Assembly: GCA_050246315.1 (NCBI GenBank) | Contig: JBFWWG010000004.1 | Coordinates: forward strand, 192,001 to 256,000 | Source of the DNA: Nitrospiraceae bacterium | GTDB lineage: Bacteria > Nitrospirota > Nitrospiria > Nitrospirales > Nitrospiraceae | Reading direction: 5' to 3' | Length of the DNA: 64,000 nucleotides | Made by a program: the position numbers and the translations under genes | Part shown: piece by piece, positions 1-11,528 of the stretch | How positions within the stretch are numbered: position 1 is the stretch's first letter | Layout: each line of letters begins with the position of its first letter | The notes under the pieces: model-generated | The model's input: the letters and a program-made list of their open reading frames with translations, nothing else | Databases searched by the model: none | What the model was told of the DNA's origin: nothing

Positions 1-1831
1 GCGAGGCCTGCGCCTCGGCCAATTGGAGCAGCATCTCATTGTACTGGGCGTCTTGCGTCGGCTGAGCGTCGTGCAGCTTGAGCCAGCGTCGACAAACCTT
101 CACGACGCTGCGCGCATCACCCAATCGATTCCAGACATCGGCCAAGTAGTGCAAGGCTTCCATTCGATAAGGCCCCAACGGATTCTCCAGTTGGTACCGT
201 TCAAAAACTCGTCGGGCGGCCTCCGGATCATCCTGATCGAGATAGGCGCGCCCAAGACCAATGAGGGCCTCTTGTCGCCAACGCGAACCAAGCTGTCGAT
301 GGAGCACTTGTTGGTAGAGTTCCACCGCTCCTGCGCTGAAACCCAGACGCCGATGAGCATCCGCGCCGCGAATTACAAACTCCTCTTCCATGGCCAGGTG
401 CTCAACACAGACATCCGAACGATGGAACGCTAGCACCACCCGCCAGTCGTCCGCCGATCGCAAGGCCGCTTCCAGAGCCGGCTTGGCTAAATCCGCAAGC
501 CGCCGGCGCGCGACGGCCGGCCAGGGATCGCCGGATACGACGCCGTCACGCCGACAGGCGGACAGGAAATGGTGAATGGCTTCCTGTTCCTTGCCTGCCT
601 CCTGGAACTGCTCCCCCAGTCGAACCAGCGCTTCGCTCGCGAGCGCATCAAACGCCTGTTCCTGGGAAACGGCCCGCAAGACTCGAACCCGTTGTTCGAA
701 CGCCACGGGTAGCGGCGGTTGAACGTCGAAACTCATCTGCACCTCTAATGCGATTCGACGCTCGCCCGCCTGCTTGGCCAGATCCTGGCCGACCTCGGTC
801 AGGCGCAGCCGTGCCCGACCCGCCTCCAGACTGTTCGGGAATCGGACGATCACCGTCCGATACAGCGTTTGGCTCGCTGCGATCTGACCGTCCTCGTCCA
901 GGCTCTCTCCCCACGCCAACAGAGCGCGCGACGCCCGTTCATCGCGAGGATACAAATTGACAAATATGGACCAGAGTTGCCGTGCAGCTTTTCCCCGACC
1001 GTATTTATTTTCGATCTCGGCAAGTTCCAGCAGGCAGGATGGACAAGCACGGAAGGCCATCGGCCACCGCCGCATGACGGACTCAGCCAGCGCCGCCGCC
1101 TCCTCCCAACGGCCCTCGCCGTAGTGTGCCGCTGCCTCGCCGAGCGTCGCCCACTGCACGAGTGTTTCCTGCTCGGTACCGGTGCGAACCTGGTGAAACG
1201 CATGACGAGCTTGTTTCCATTCCTGCGCCGCCAACCATGTCATCCCCAATCCCAAGAAGGCCCGCGCCGCATCCCTGGCATTCGTCGATTCCGCCACCGC
1301 GCGCTGGTAGGCCGCTTGCGATTCGGCTGTCCATCCCAGGTCTCGGTAAAGATCGCCGATCCGCCAACGAGCCCGCTGAGCATTGGCCGATCCCGGAAAG
1401 TCGCGTATTAATTCGACGTAGTCTTGAACGACATCCAAGCGCCGCTGGGTCGTCTGCTCCCGATGAGCGGAAATCTCCGCAAGAAACGCACGCACCATCG
1501 GGACGACTACTGAGCCAGGAAACTGCTCCGCCGTTCGCCGGAAGTGCTGCTCCGCTGCATCCCATTCAGCATGGTCATAGAACACCATCGCATGGGCCAA
1601 CTGTAGCTCGGCAGCCTCCGTCAGTTGGGGTTCCGTGCGCGGTCCAGGATCAGGAAGGTCGGACCAGGCCAACGTCGCGCCCTGCCCAACAGTCGAACGT
1701 GACACGGAAGAAACCGGTTGAGCCAGACCGTCCGGCTCTGCCGCCGAGACTGAGCGTAGTATGGTCTGAGAGAACGGCACGGCCGTGATCAGGAGGACCG
1801 AGAGGGAGACGATGGTCGGTGGCATCCGCAT
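1..1831 (-). CDS. Secreted tetratricopeptide-repeat protein, 3' end beyond left edge of window
   Basis: Read by hand because it is absent from the ORF track (no stop in window). Begins MRMPPTIVSLSVLLITAVPFSQ (signal-like), followed by TPR-like helices such as YDHAEWDAAEQHFRRTAEQFPGS and LIRDFPGSANAQRARWRIGDLY. The + ORFs 23..433 and 869..1411 are its antisense shadows. Confidence 0.75.
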   Translation of the reverse strand, partial: MRMPPTIVSLSVLLITAVPFSQTILRSVSAAEPDGLAQPVSSVSRSTVGQGATLAWSDLPDPGPRTEPQLTEAAELQLAHAMVFYDHAEWDAAEQHFRRTAEQFPGSVVVPMVRAFLAEISAHREQTTQRRLDVVQDYVELIRDFPGSANAQRARWRIGDLYRDLGWTAESQAAYQRAVAESTNARDAARAFLGLGMTWLAAQEWKQARHAFHQVRTGTEQETLVQWATLGEAAAHYGEGRWEEAAALAESVMRRWPMAFRACPSCLLELAEIENKYGRGKAARQLWSIFVNLYPRDERASRALLAWGESLDEDGQIAASQTLYRTVIVRFPNSLEAGRARLRLTEVGQDLAKQAGERRIALEVQMSFDVQPPLPVAFEQRVRVLRAVSQEQAFDALASEALVRLGEQFQEAGKEQEAIHHFLSACRRDGVVSGDPWPAVARRRLADLAKPALEAALRSADDWRVVLAFHRSDVCVEHLAMEEEFVIRGADAHRRLGFSAGAVELYQQVLHRQLGSRWRQEALIGLGRAYLDQDDPEAARRVFERYQLENPLGPYRMEALHYLADVWNRLGDARSVVKVCRRWLKLHDAQPTQDAQYNEMLLQLAEAQAS

Positions 1832-1941
1832 CAGCAAGACCACCCCAGCAACTTCTGTGCCCCATCACAATCGACGCGATGGCGTAGGAAATCTCGCTGT
1901 CCCGTCAGAATGCAGACACGTGAATGAGCAGGCCGGTCAAA

Positions 1942-3393
<1,452 letters not shown>

Positions 3394-3656
3394 AAGACTC
3401 CCTTGTCAGCCGGTAGGGTATTGCAGCTTTGCACACTCCACCCCTGGGCGCGCGGGGCGCCTGTCAGAGAGCCGCGGCTCACAAGGGGTGCGTCGTCGCT
3501 GAAGCGAAAGCGTGAATCAACGGACAAGAACAAGCATAGACGAGGGAGGATGGTTGAGTAGAACCGTTTGATCGGTGCTTGAGTGGAAATATGACTCTAT
3601 TAAGATGGAATTATTTCCGCACTTTATAGATCTATTATTACCCATTTAGTAGGGCC

Positions 3657-5615
3657 TTATGGGCCGATTCCGGCGGCCTGAACAGACAGATTTGGCGGCA
3701 TCCCCTTCGGTTGATCCAACACTTTTCGAACCCGGTTCGCCAGGGCATGCGGGGTAAAAGGTTTTTGCAAAAATTCGACGCGCGCGGCGACCACTCCGTG
3801 TTTAAGAATCTCGTCATCGGTGTAGCCGGACATGAACATGACCCTAAGTTCGGGGGACTGGCCGAGCAAATGTTCCGCCAGTTCACGGCCTCCCATCTGC
3901 GGCATCACGATGTCCGTGACGAGCAGGTCGATGGTGTCCCGATACTGACTGACGAGCAAGAGTGCCTCCATTCCATCGTTGGCCTCCAGGACCCGATACC
4001 CTCGCGATCGAAGCGTATCACGCACCAAGGCACGGACGGCGGGTTCGTCTTCCACCACAAGAATGCTCTCGGTCCCCCGTTGTTTGGCCACATCCTGATC
4101 TTCGGAATGCTCCAACGTCACCGCCCCCTCGATCCGCGGGAAGTACATGGTGAAGGTCGTCCCCCGCCCCCGTTCACTGGTCACGGTAACCAACCCGCCG
4201 CTTTGCTTGACAACCCCGTACACCGTAGAGAGCCCCAGCCCTGTTCCCTTGCCCTTCGGCTTGGTCGTAAAGAACGGCTCGAAGATGTGTGAGAGGACAG
4301 CAGGATCGATTCCGGTCCCGGTATCCGCCACAACGACCTGTACGTACCGGCCGGGAGCAGCATCGAGTTGCCGCTCGCCGAGTTCCTGCGGTCCCAAATC
4401 GATGTTGCCCGGCTCAATTATGATCCGGCCGCCTTCCGGCATGGCATCGCGCGCATTCACGGCCAGATTCAAGATCACCTGTTCAAGTTGGCCTGGATCG
4501 ACCCGAATCGTCCCGAGGTCGAGACAGGGCCGAACAAGCAGTTCGATGTTGTCCCCGGCCAGCGTGCGCAACATCTGTATCATGCCCTGCAGAACCGTGT
4601 TCACATCGATGACCTTCGGTTGCAGAACCTGGCGTCGGCTGAACGCGAGCAGTTGGGACGTCAGACCCGCCGCGCGTTCGCCGGCTTTCAGGATCTGATC
4701 GACACTCTGGCGTTGATCCTCCGTCAAGGTGTCGTCTTCGGCCAAGAGACATCCGTGACCGTTGATGACCGTCAACATGTTGTTGAAATCATGCGCGATG
4801 CCGCCAGCCAGCTTGCCGACCGCCTCCATCTTCTGAGATTGCCGGACCTGCTCTTCCAGTTGCTGCTGCTTGCTGAGATTGTGAAGGAGCACTTGCACAA
4901 CCTCGTTGCCCGCGCCATCCGCGGGGGCGGCCCGCAACTCCACATCCACTCCTTTGCCGTCCAGGCGCAGGCACTTGACGATCGTTCCGGCGACCGCCCC
5001 GGTTCGTTCCAAGCTGCCACGGATATGTTCGAGCTTGCTCCGGTCGTAGTCGGGATGAACAAAATCCCAGAGGGATCGTCCGGTAAGCTTCTCGGCGCTC
5101 GCCGCGCCGAATAGATTGGCGGCCTCGCGATTGGCGGAGACGACACGTCCTTTCTTCACCAGCACGATGGCCTCGGGAAACAGCTCAAGCAGACGCCGGT
5201 ACCATTCGTATCCCTGGCGGCAGACTTCAACCTGGTCCCGACACGGATGGTAATCGGCGATCAGGCCTCCCATCAGCGGCAGCGCTGTGGAATGACGGAC
5301 AGGGAAGGTCATGACGGCCGGAGCCAGCTCGGTGCCGTCGGGAAGGCATTGGGCTTCGATCATTCCTTCCTGACAATCGCCCTCGGCCATCCGTGCGGCC
5401 AGTGCCCGCATGTGCTCCCACCAGGCCTGGAGCTGAGGAGTCGGTTCCGTTGTTCCATCACTATTGACCGCGCCAGCGACCCGTCCGTATTTCAGCAGGA
5501 AGCCATGGTTGGCGTAAATCAGATTCCCGTCTCCGGACAGGACGAATAGCTTGGCCGGGTGCCGATCCAGTAGCACCGTGGCCAATTCCCGATGGTTGAA
5601 TCCAAGCAAGGACAT
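3657..5615 (-). CDS. PAS-domain hybrid sensor histidine kinase with C-terminal receiver
   Basis: PAS region, H-box LAGGIAHDFNN, N-box NLAVNARDAM, DTGTGI, FEPFFTTK, GTGLGL and a C-terminal REC domain. Confidence 0.92.
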   Translation of the reverse strand: MSLLGFNHRELATVLLDRHPAKLFVLSGDGNLIYANHGFLLKYGRVAGAVNSDGTTEPTPQLQAWWEHMRALAARMAEGDCQEGMIEAQCLPDGTELAPAVMTFPVRHSTALPLMGGLIADYHPCRDQVEVCRQGYEWYRRLLELFPEAIVLVKKGRVVSANREAANLFGAASAEKLTGRSLWDFVHPDYDRSKLEHIRGSLERTGAVAGTIVKCLRLDGKGVDVELRAAPADGAGNEVVQVLLHNLSKQQQLEEQVRQSQKMEAVGKLAGGIAHDFNNMLTVINGHGCLLAEDDTLTEDQRQSVDQILKAGERAAGLTSQLLAFSRRQVLQPKVIDVNTVLQGMIQMLRTLAGDNIELLVRPCLDLGTIRVDPGQLEQVILNLAVNARDAMPEGGRIIIEPGNIDLGPQELGERQLDAAPGRYVQVVVADTGTGIDPAVLSHIFEPFFTTKPKGKGTGLGLSTVYGVVKQSGGLVTVTSERGRGTTFTMYFPRIEGAVTLEHSEDQDVAKQRGTESILVVEDEPAVRALVRDTLRSRGYRVLEANDGMEALLLVSQYRDTIDLLVTDIVMPQMGGRELAEHLLGQSPELRVMFMSGYTDDEILKHGVVAARVEFLQKPFTPHALANRVRKVLDQPKGMPPNLSVQAAGIGP

Positions 5616-5790
5616 CGTCCGTGCAGCCCGGGTCAGAATCGGCTCAGAGCAAGACGCCGTGAGGTTTCACTCGGCGGAGGTCCAGGCGGTGCAAGCGCAG
5701 CCTGTGTCGGTTCGCGAATCCAAAGCACAATCGTTACGAGTGTGCCGCAGGAGAGAGGAGACCGTGAGCCGGCCCGCCTGCGGACTCTGT

Positions 5791-6171
5791 TCATACCGTT
5801 CGAGCTGACTTGCCCTGAGCCAAGGCGCGAGCCAGCGCATCCCCAAGCCGATGGAGTGAGAATTCTTTCGGTAAGAAATCGACGACGCCCAATTCCCGGG
5901 CCTCATCCTGAGCAGTTTCCGTTCCACCGCCGGTGAGGATGATCACTGGGGCCGCTGGATTTACCTGCCGGATCTGCTTGAGCATGGAAATTCCGTCCAT
6001 ATCCGGAAGATTGAGGTCTAGGATGGTCACCTGTGGTGATTCTTGAACGAACGACTCGATACCACGCTGCGCGGCCGTGGCTACCAGCACTTGATGCCCT
6101 TTGCGTTTCAACACCGTCTTCAAAAGCTCGAGAACAAACGGTTCATCGTCAACGACAAGGACTTTGGCCAT
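5791..6171 (-). CDS. Single-domain response regulator
   Basis: MAKVLVVDDEP, ILDLNLPDMDG, IILTG. Start placed at ATG 6171, behind a G-rich RBS. Confidence 0.88.
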   Translation of the reverse strand: MAKVLVVDDEPFVLELLKTVLKRKGHQVLVATAAQRGIESFVQESPQVTILDLNLPDMDGISMLKQIRQVNPAAPVIILTGGGTETAQDEARELGVVDFLPKEFSLHRLGDALARALAQGKSARTV

Positions 6172-6439
6172 ACTGATACCCCCTGAGGCTACATCGGCAT
6201 TCATTTCACGGATCTTTAGCGCACTGTTTCCGAGGGCTCCGATCGGGCGGATCGACCGTTACCTCAGCTCAAACCTACCGAATCGGAAAGGCTATGACAC
6301 CTGGAGGGTCGTGACGAATGGCGAGGTTCCGCACGGCAGATTGAAGGCAGGGCGACTGAGTTGGCCGATTCCGGCGCCGGGACGACCGAGATCGTTCCGT
6401 CATTGCTGACATTCTCCTGTCACGAGAACGCGGGATCTA

Positions 6440-6676
6440 ACAGGATGCTGAAAAAGGTCGCCAGCTTGGTTGGAGCACCCATGGCTGTACTTTCAGGATG
6501 CAATGGGTCTGACGCGAAGCGGCACGACCCTGAAGAGTGTTCTCCAGCGGCATCAATAGAAAGAGGCTTTACCCGATAAACGGTTTTTCCCCCATCCGAC
6601 GCAGGGTGTTGAGATCGTCCGTGATCCCTCGCTGTGCCGACATGCACGGGTACTCGAAGGGTTTTCAACAGCCTCC
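6440..6676. mobile_element. MITE-like element, family B
   Basis: Left end ACAGGATGCTGAAAAAGG; right end TTTTCAACAGCCTCC (rc GGAGGCTGTTGAAAA); a degenerate internal second right end near 6584-6600; no credible coding capacity. Confidence 0.65.
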
Positions 6677-6752
6677 TCAGAACGGAAATCGTCAAGGCAT
6701 TCGAAGGACATACGTGGATGAAAATCGAGAGCAGAGGGGAAGGACTTGAGAC

Positions 6753-6787
6753 AAAACGGGCGGCATGGGAATCTCCATGCCGCCCGT
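6753..6787 (-). terminator. Rho-independent terminator of the cytochrome c gene
   Basis: Perfect 13-bp stem ACGGGCGGCATGG/CCATGCCGCCCGT followed by a T-run on the minus strand, about 30 nt after the stop. Confidence 0.8.
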
Positions 6788-6817
6788 CTGAGTGACCGAT
6801 CTATGTACCCTAAGAGA

Positions 6818-7261
6818 TTACTCTTTACAGAAGCTCCGCTCGTAGTTGATGATCGTCCAGGCCTCTTCCTCGGTGATCGCGGCCGGAACCAGGGATACCA
6901 TGCCGGTCCCTGCGCTGCCGTTCTTGATGACCCAGAACAATTCGCCGTCTTTCCGCTTCTTGTGGAACTTGCAGTTCGTGAAGTCGCGCGGGCTGGGGTT
7001 CAGAATCGCACCGGCCGGTCCGTCGCCCTTGCCCCCTTTCCCATGACAATTCACGCAGGTACCCTTCCCCTCAAACAGCGCCTTGCCTTTGGCAATGTTC
7101 TCCGGGGTGGCCTCTACGGGATTCTTCATTTGCTTGGCCTCGGCCATTTGATCCGCCGGAACGCGAGGCTTCAAGGGATCCTTTTCTTCCGCCACGGACG
7201 CTGTGGCGGACACGAACATACCAACCGCGACTAACACCAGAACCCTAGCAAGGTACCCCAT
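6818..7261 (-). CDS. Periplasmic monoheme cytochrome c
   Basis: Signal peptide, heme motif CVNCH, distal Met candidate (GTGMV), RBS AGGAGG. Confidence 0.92.
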   Translation of the reverse strand: MGYLARVLVLVAVGMFVSATASVAEEKDPLKPRVPADQMAEAKQMKNPVEATPENIAKGKALFEGKGTCVNCHGKGGKGDGPAGAILNPSPRDFTNCKFHKKRKDGELFWVIKNGSAGTGMVSLVPAAITEEEAWTIINYERSFCKE

Positions 7262-7393
7262 CACACTCCTCCTTTGTGGTAAACACTTGACGACACACTC
7301 CCTCCGCCCGTGCCGTTGAGCAGCTTTCCCTTATCCCGACAGGCCGCAACAAGGATCACGACAAAAAAGGACGTCGGGTATGAAAGGCGACGA

Positions 7394-7423
7394 ACTATAG
7401 CAACGCCTTCTCAACATTGTCAA
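7394..7423 (-). promoter_or_regulatory. Sigma-70 promoter upstream of cytochrome c
   Basis: TTGACA-18 nt-TATAGT with a TG extended -10. Confidence 0.6.
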
Positions 7424-7773
7424 CCCGCACAATGCGAAGATCGCCGCATTTGATGCGGTAGAGACCACTGCCTGCCATCGTGATCAGTTTCGCTTCCTGA
7501 TCCGACTTGATCGATCGCCTCAAGGATGGAGAGACATCAAGAGCCGTGCCGCGCACAAGAGATTCTCAGGTTGTCGGGTTCCAACGACTTGCACCTGGAT
7601 CCGGTCCAAGAAGGGATTCCGGAACGCGCCGTGTGGTGATATTGTGCCTCACCGCGGGACCGGACGCCTCATTCGTGAGTCAGCAACGGGGGGCGAAACG
7701 CAGACGGACTGGTCTCGTGAAGTTGGCAGGGCAGAGGGAGAGGCGAAGCGGAGAAGAGGACGACAGCCGGGCC

Positions 7774-8706
7774 TTAGCTTTCTCGTTTCAATACCACATC
7801 TCGGACGACCCGACCTGTCTGCCCGAAAGGCTTCTGCGGCTTGCCGTTCAGCGAGGCCTTGACGCCGCCGGCGTTGCCGAGCGTGAGGGCAAATTGATCC
7901 TGCGCTTTCCACCGTGCCCGTTCACCGGGACGGAGCAAGGCCTCGACGGGGCTACCGCCGTCGATTTGGACCACAACCCAACTAAGTTCGACGGCCTCCA
8001 AATCGAGCACGAGCGGTTCCGTGGCGCCCGGTCCCTCCACCGACAGTCCGGCCAAGGGTCCTTCTGATCGGGCCGTCACTTCCCCTGGAACCGACTCCGA
8101 TGCCATCGCAAGCGGCGGGACCGATGAATGGGAGGGTGCCGGCGCGGCAACCGGCGGCGTCTCGCTGACATCCGGCGGCGGACCGGACGCTCCCTTGGCG
8201 GACGGCTGTGCCTCCTCGACGGATCCTGGTGGGGCGGACTTTGTCTCCCTATTTGCAGACAACGGCCGGGCGCTGCCGCTCGTCCCGACGGTGAACTCCG
8301 CAGCGGTCCGTTTGATCAGTTGCCCGGATTGCTGTCGGGTCAGCAACACCACCAACGAGGCCACGGCAACCGCAATGGCGACACCGACCGCCTTGCGGCT
8401 CGCGCGGCGCCGTCGGTCCTCTTCCTCCTGCTTTAGCTTCAGCCGCTCGCGTTCGTTTTGCCGATCATAATAGGACCCCGCCGACTGAACGAACCGTTGC
8501 AGCGCATCCTCCTCGTCCAATCCCAACGAACGAGCGTATGATCGGACAAATCCTCGCGCGAACACCTGATCCGGAAGTCTGGCATAATTTCCCTCTTCGA
8601 TCGCACGCACGAAGTCGGCACGGATCCTCGTCTTGGAGGCCACTTCATCGACCGTCAAACCCTTGGTCTCCCGCACCTGTCGAAAGAAATCACCGATAGA
8701 ATCCAT
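7774..8706 (-). CDS. rodZ: RodZ-like protein (HTH, TM helix, DUF4115)
   Basis: N-terminal HTH with FARGFVRSYARSLGLD, one TM segment, a Pro-rich linker and C-terminal LGNAGGV. Confidence 0.85.
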   Translation of the reverse strand: MDSIGDFFRQVRETKGLTVDEVASKTRIRADFVRAIEEGNYARLPDQVFARGFVRSYARSLGLDEEDALQRFVQSAGSYYDRQNERERLKLKQEEEDRRRRASRKAVGVAIAVAVASLVVLLTRQQSGQLIKRTAAEFTVGTSGSARPLSANRETKSAPPGSVEEAQPSAKGASGPPPDVSETPPVAAPAPSHSSVPPLAMASESVPGEVTARSEGPLAGLSVEGPGATEPLVLDLEAVELSWVVVQIDGGSPVEALLRPGERARWKAQDQFALTLGNAGGVKASLNGKPQKPFGQTGRVVRDVVLKRES

Positions 8707-9021
8707 GCCGCCCCTTACCCTTGACAGACTGTTGGAACACTATGGTTAGACCCGCAAAATACGGGCCCGAGGGAGATTCGGTGTTGAGTCAAGAGTCGCT
8801 GTATGATGTCCAAAAAGATGAGGTGTCTCGCTCGCCCAACGCCCGTGCGCCGAGACGCACCCATCCACGGAAGCAGCCGCAGCAAGCACAGGCCCGAAGA
8901 GTATTCGTGGTCGCTGTTGCTCTTCCTCATGCCACAGGGCCTCATCATCGAGGGTCTGTGCGCCGCGATTACTCGCAAGGCGGATATCCGGCTGAGGAGC
9001 TGTTGCAACATGCTGCTCATA

Positions 9022-9705
9022 CTACTTCATTCGTTGGAGAAGTTGTTCCGCCGCCTGACCATACTCTCCGCCTTTATCCAGACTCGACACGCGCGTCAGC
9101 GCGTCCTTTGCTTTCTGTGCGTGCCCCATCTTGTAATAGGCCTGCCCAAGCTCGAGGTTGACCCTGGCAGGAGGAATGCTAGGTGGATTAACTTGCAGCG
9201 CATCCTCGAACGCGGCTGCCGCCGCCCTCATATCTCCTTCATGTGCCAACGCCCGTCCCAAATGAAACCGGGCCAGATCCGGCGTCGCATAGAGGGGGTT
9301 GGCCAGCGCCTGCCTGTAACTTCTGATGGCCTCGTCCCAGCGCCCCTGACTCGCCTGCACCTGCCCCAGATAGGTCAGAGCCTCTGAATGTTCCGGATCG
9401 ATCAGCAGCACCTGGCGAAACTCCGCCTCCGCCTCGGCAAACCGTCCCTGCTGGACATAGATGTGCCCCAGACCGTAATGGGCATCCTTGTTCTTGGGAT
9501 CGAGTTGGATGGCCTTCTGAAACGACACGAACGCCCGCTGGCGGTCAGTCGTCAGGTTCGCCAAGCCCTCCTGGTAATAGCCGGCTGATTTCTTGATCTG
9601 CTCCTCGGACGCGGCACAGCCGGTGAACAGCGACGAGACAATCAGACCCTGAAATACAGACCGCACAACCCACGATTTCATCATACAGGAAAGGCCGCCG
9701 CTCAT
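9022..9705 (-). CDS. PilW/PilF-like TPR lipoprotein
   Basis: Lipobox FTGC, TPR repeats, ALANPLYATP motif, adjacent to rodZ. The true start may be a few codons downstream. Confidence 0.8.
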   Translation of the reverse strand: MSGGLSCMMKSWVVRSVFQGLIVSSLFTGCAASEEQIKKSAGYYQEGLANLTTDRQRAFVSFQKAIQLDPKNKDAHYGLGHIYVQQGRFAEAEAEFRQVLLIDPEHSEALTYLGQVQASQGRWDEAIRSYRQALANPLYATPDLARFHLGRALAHEGDMRAAAAAFEDALQVNPPSIPPARVNLELGQAYYKMGHAQKAKDALTRVSSLDKGGEYGQAAEQLLQRMK

Positions 9706-10619
9706 GTGGGGAGGTCCTCGAAATGGGTGAGCCGCTTGAATTCTTTGAAGCGTGCTTCAATCTCTTTGTAATCCAGGACTCGCAAACGGTCAAGGCTAAA
9801 GGCCTCTACTGTAAACGAGGCCATGACGCTCCCGAAGATCGTGGCCTGGCGAAACGCTTGGGGCGACCGATTTCCGGTGGCGGCCAGGTACCCGAGAAAT
9901 CCCCCAGCGAAGGTGTCGCCCGCTCCTGTCGGGTCGAGCACCTGCTCCAGCGGATAAGCCGGCGCGCCGAAGTACCCGCGTCCATCGAACATCAGTACGC
10001 CGTATTCGCCCCGTTTGATCACAAGATGTTTCGGTCCTCGACTCAGGATCTTCTTCGCGACCTGGACCAGATTCGGATGCTCACCCAACGCCCGTGCCTC
10101 CCCGTCGTTGACGATCAAGACATCGATCTGCTCCAAGACCTTCCACAGGGCTTCACGTTTCCCGTTGATCCAGAAATTCATGGTGTCGCACGCCACCAGG
10201 GCCGGTCGCGTCACCTGCGACAGCACCTCGAGCTGCAGTTCGGGATCGATATTCCCGAGAAACAGCACCTCCGGCGTCCGATACTGGGTCGGAATCTTGG
10301 GTCGAAAGCTTTCAAACACGTTCAGCTTGGTATCGAGCGTCTGCGCCTCGTTGAGTTGATGACTGTATTGGCCCCGCCAGCGAAACGTCTGGCCGGGCCG
10401 ACGCTCCAGCCCGGCCAGATCGATCTGCCGGCTTTTCAGAAACGCCAGATGTTTCTCCGGAAAATCCTCCCCGACGACGGCGATCAAATCCACACTCGTG
10501 AAGTAGCTGGCCGACGTAGAAAAGTACGTGGCCGATCCGCCCAACACATCGCTCGCTTCACCGAAGGGCGTGGCCACGGTATCCAGCGCGACCGATCCCA
10601 CCACCAGCAGTTTCCCCAT
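9702..10619 (-). CDS. PfkB-family carbohydrate/nucleoside kinase
   Basis: N-terminal VVGSVALD, GGSATY and PfkB signature DPTGAGDTFAGG. Confidence 0.92.
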   Translation of the reverse strand: MGKLLVVGSVALDTVATPFGEASDVLGGSATYFSTSASYFTSVDLIAVVGEDFPEKHLAFLKSRQIDLAGLERRPGQTFRWRGQYSHQLNEAQTLDTKLNVFESFRPKIPTQYRTPEVLFLGNIDPELQLEVLSQVTRPALVACDTMNFWINGKREALWKVLEQIDVLIVNDGEARALGEHPNLVQVAKKILSRGPKHLVIKRGEYGVLMFDGRGYFGAPAYPLEQVLDPTGAGDTFAGGFLGYLAATGNRSPQAFRQATIFGSVMASFTVEAFSLDRLRVLDYKEIEARFKEFKRLTHFEDLPT

Positions 10620-10622
10620 GCC

Positions 10623-11528
10623 TCAGCTCCGTCCTTTCTTCGCTTCGAGATAGCGGCCGATCAGCAGATGCAGCCGCTTGCGTGCCGCGGCCGGAATCGC
10701 CTCCGGCGCGGTAATGACGGCGCCCTTCAGCGCCTGTTGGCACCCGCAGCTCACCTGTCCCTCCATTTTCCCGATCAGGTCCCGCAGCAACCGTTTCGCG
10801 AGCATGACATTTTGTCGGAGCACGGCAAGAATGGCCTCGACCTGTACTGCCTCCTCCGTCTCGTGCCAGCAATCGTAGTCCGTCACCAGAGCGATCGTGG
10901 CATAGCACAGTTCCGCTTCCCTGGCCAACTTGGCCTCCGGCATGTTGGTCATGCCGATGACGCTGACATTCCAACTGCGATACAAATGCGATTCCGCCTT
11001 GGTTGAGAACTGCGGGCCCTCGATACACAGATACGACCCGCCGCGGTGCACCACGGCTCCCGTCGAACGAGCAGCCTGTTCCACAATCTGTCCCAGCCGG
11101 CCGCAAACCGGCTCCGCCAACCCCACGTGGGCCACGACGCCCGCATCGAAAAACGTGGACACCCGTCGCTTGGTCCAATCCACAAACTGATCGGGCAGCA
11201 CGACGTGACCCGGCCGGATTTGCTCGCGCATGCTTCCGACGGCGCTGACGGAGAGAACTTGGGAAATGCCAATCGCCTTCAGCGCGTAGATATTCGCGCG
11301 GTAATTGATGGTGCTGGGACTGAATCGATGACCTTGCCCATGCCTGGCCAGAAATGCAACCCGGTGGCGGTCAAGCTGCCCGATGACCAGAGGCCCCGAC
11401 GGATCGCCGAACGGTGTCTTGAGCCGAATCTCCCGGACCCGTGTGAGCCCCTCCATCTCATAGAGCCCGCTGCCACCGATGATCCCAATGTCGGCGCGAG
11501 CCCGGCCTGTTCCGCTGCGCCGTCTCAT
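10623..11528 (-). CDS. mtnP: S-methyl-5'-thioadenosine phosphorylase
   Basis: GIIGGSG, FLARHG, NYRANI, EGPQFST, GMT, VTDYDCW. ATG at 11528 overlaps the miaA stop (ATGA). Confidence 0.93.
   Translation of the reverse strand: MRRRSGTGRARADIGIIGGSGLYEMEGLTRVREIRLKTPFGDPSGPLVIGQLDRHRVAFLARHGQGHRFSPSTINYRANIYALKAIGISQVLSVSAVGSMREQIRPGHVVLPDQFVDWTKRRVSTFFDAGVVAHVGLAEPVCGRLGQIVEQAARSTGAVVHRGGSYLCIEGPQFSTKAESHLYRSWNVSVIGMTNMPEAKLAREAELCYATIALVTDYDCWHETEEAVQVEAILAVLRQNVMLAKRLLRDLIGKMEGQVSCGCQQALKGAVITAPEAIPAAARKRLHLLIGRYLEAKKGRS

Noticed and set aside
8715..9021. Small ORF, or TAG read-through extension of pilW (frame stays open about 90 codons)
   Set aside because: No recognisable motifs or recoding signal; open frames of this length are common at this GC content.
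9723..11006. Long + strand ORFs such as 9723..11006, 14829..16214, 48371..49693 and 49830..51134
   Set aside because: Antisense shadows of well-identified minus-strand genes.
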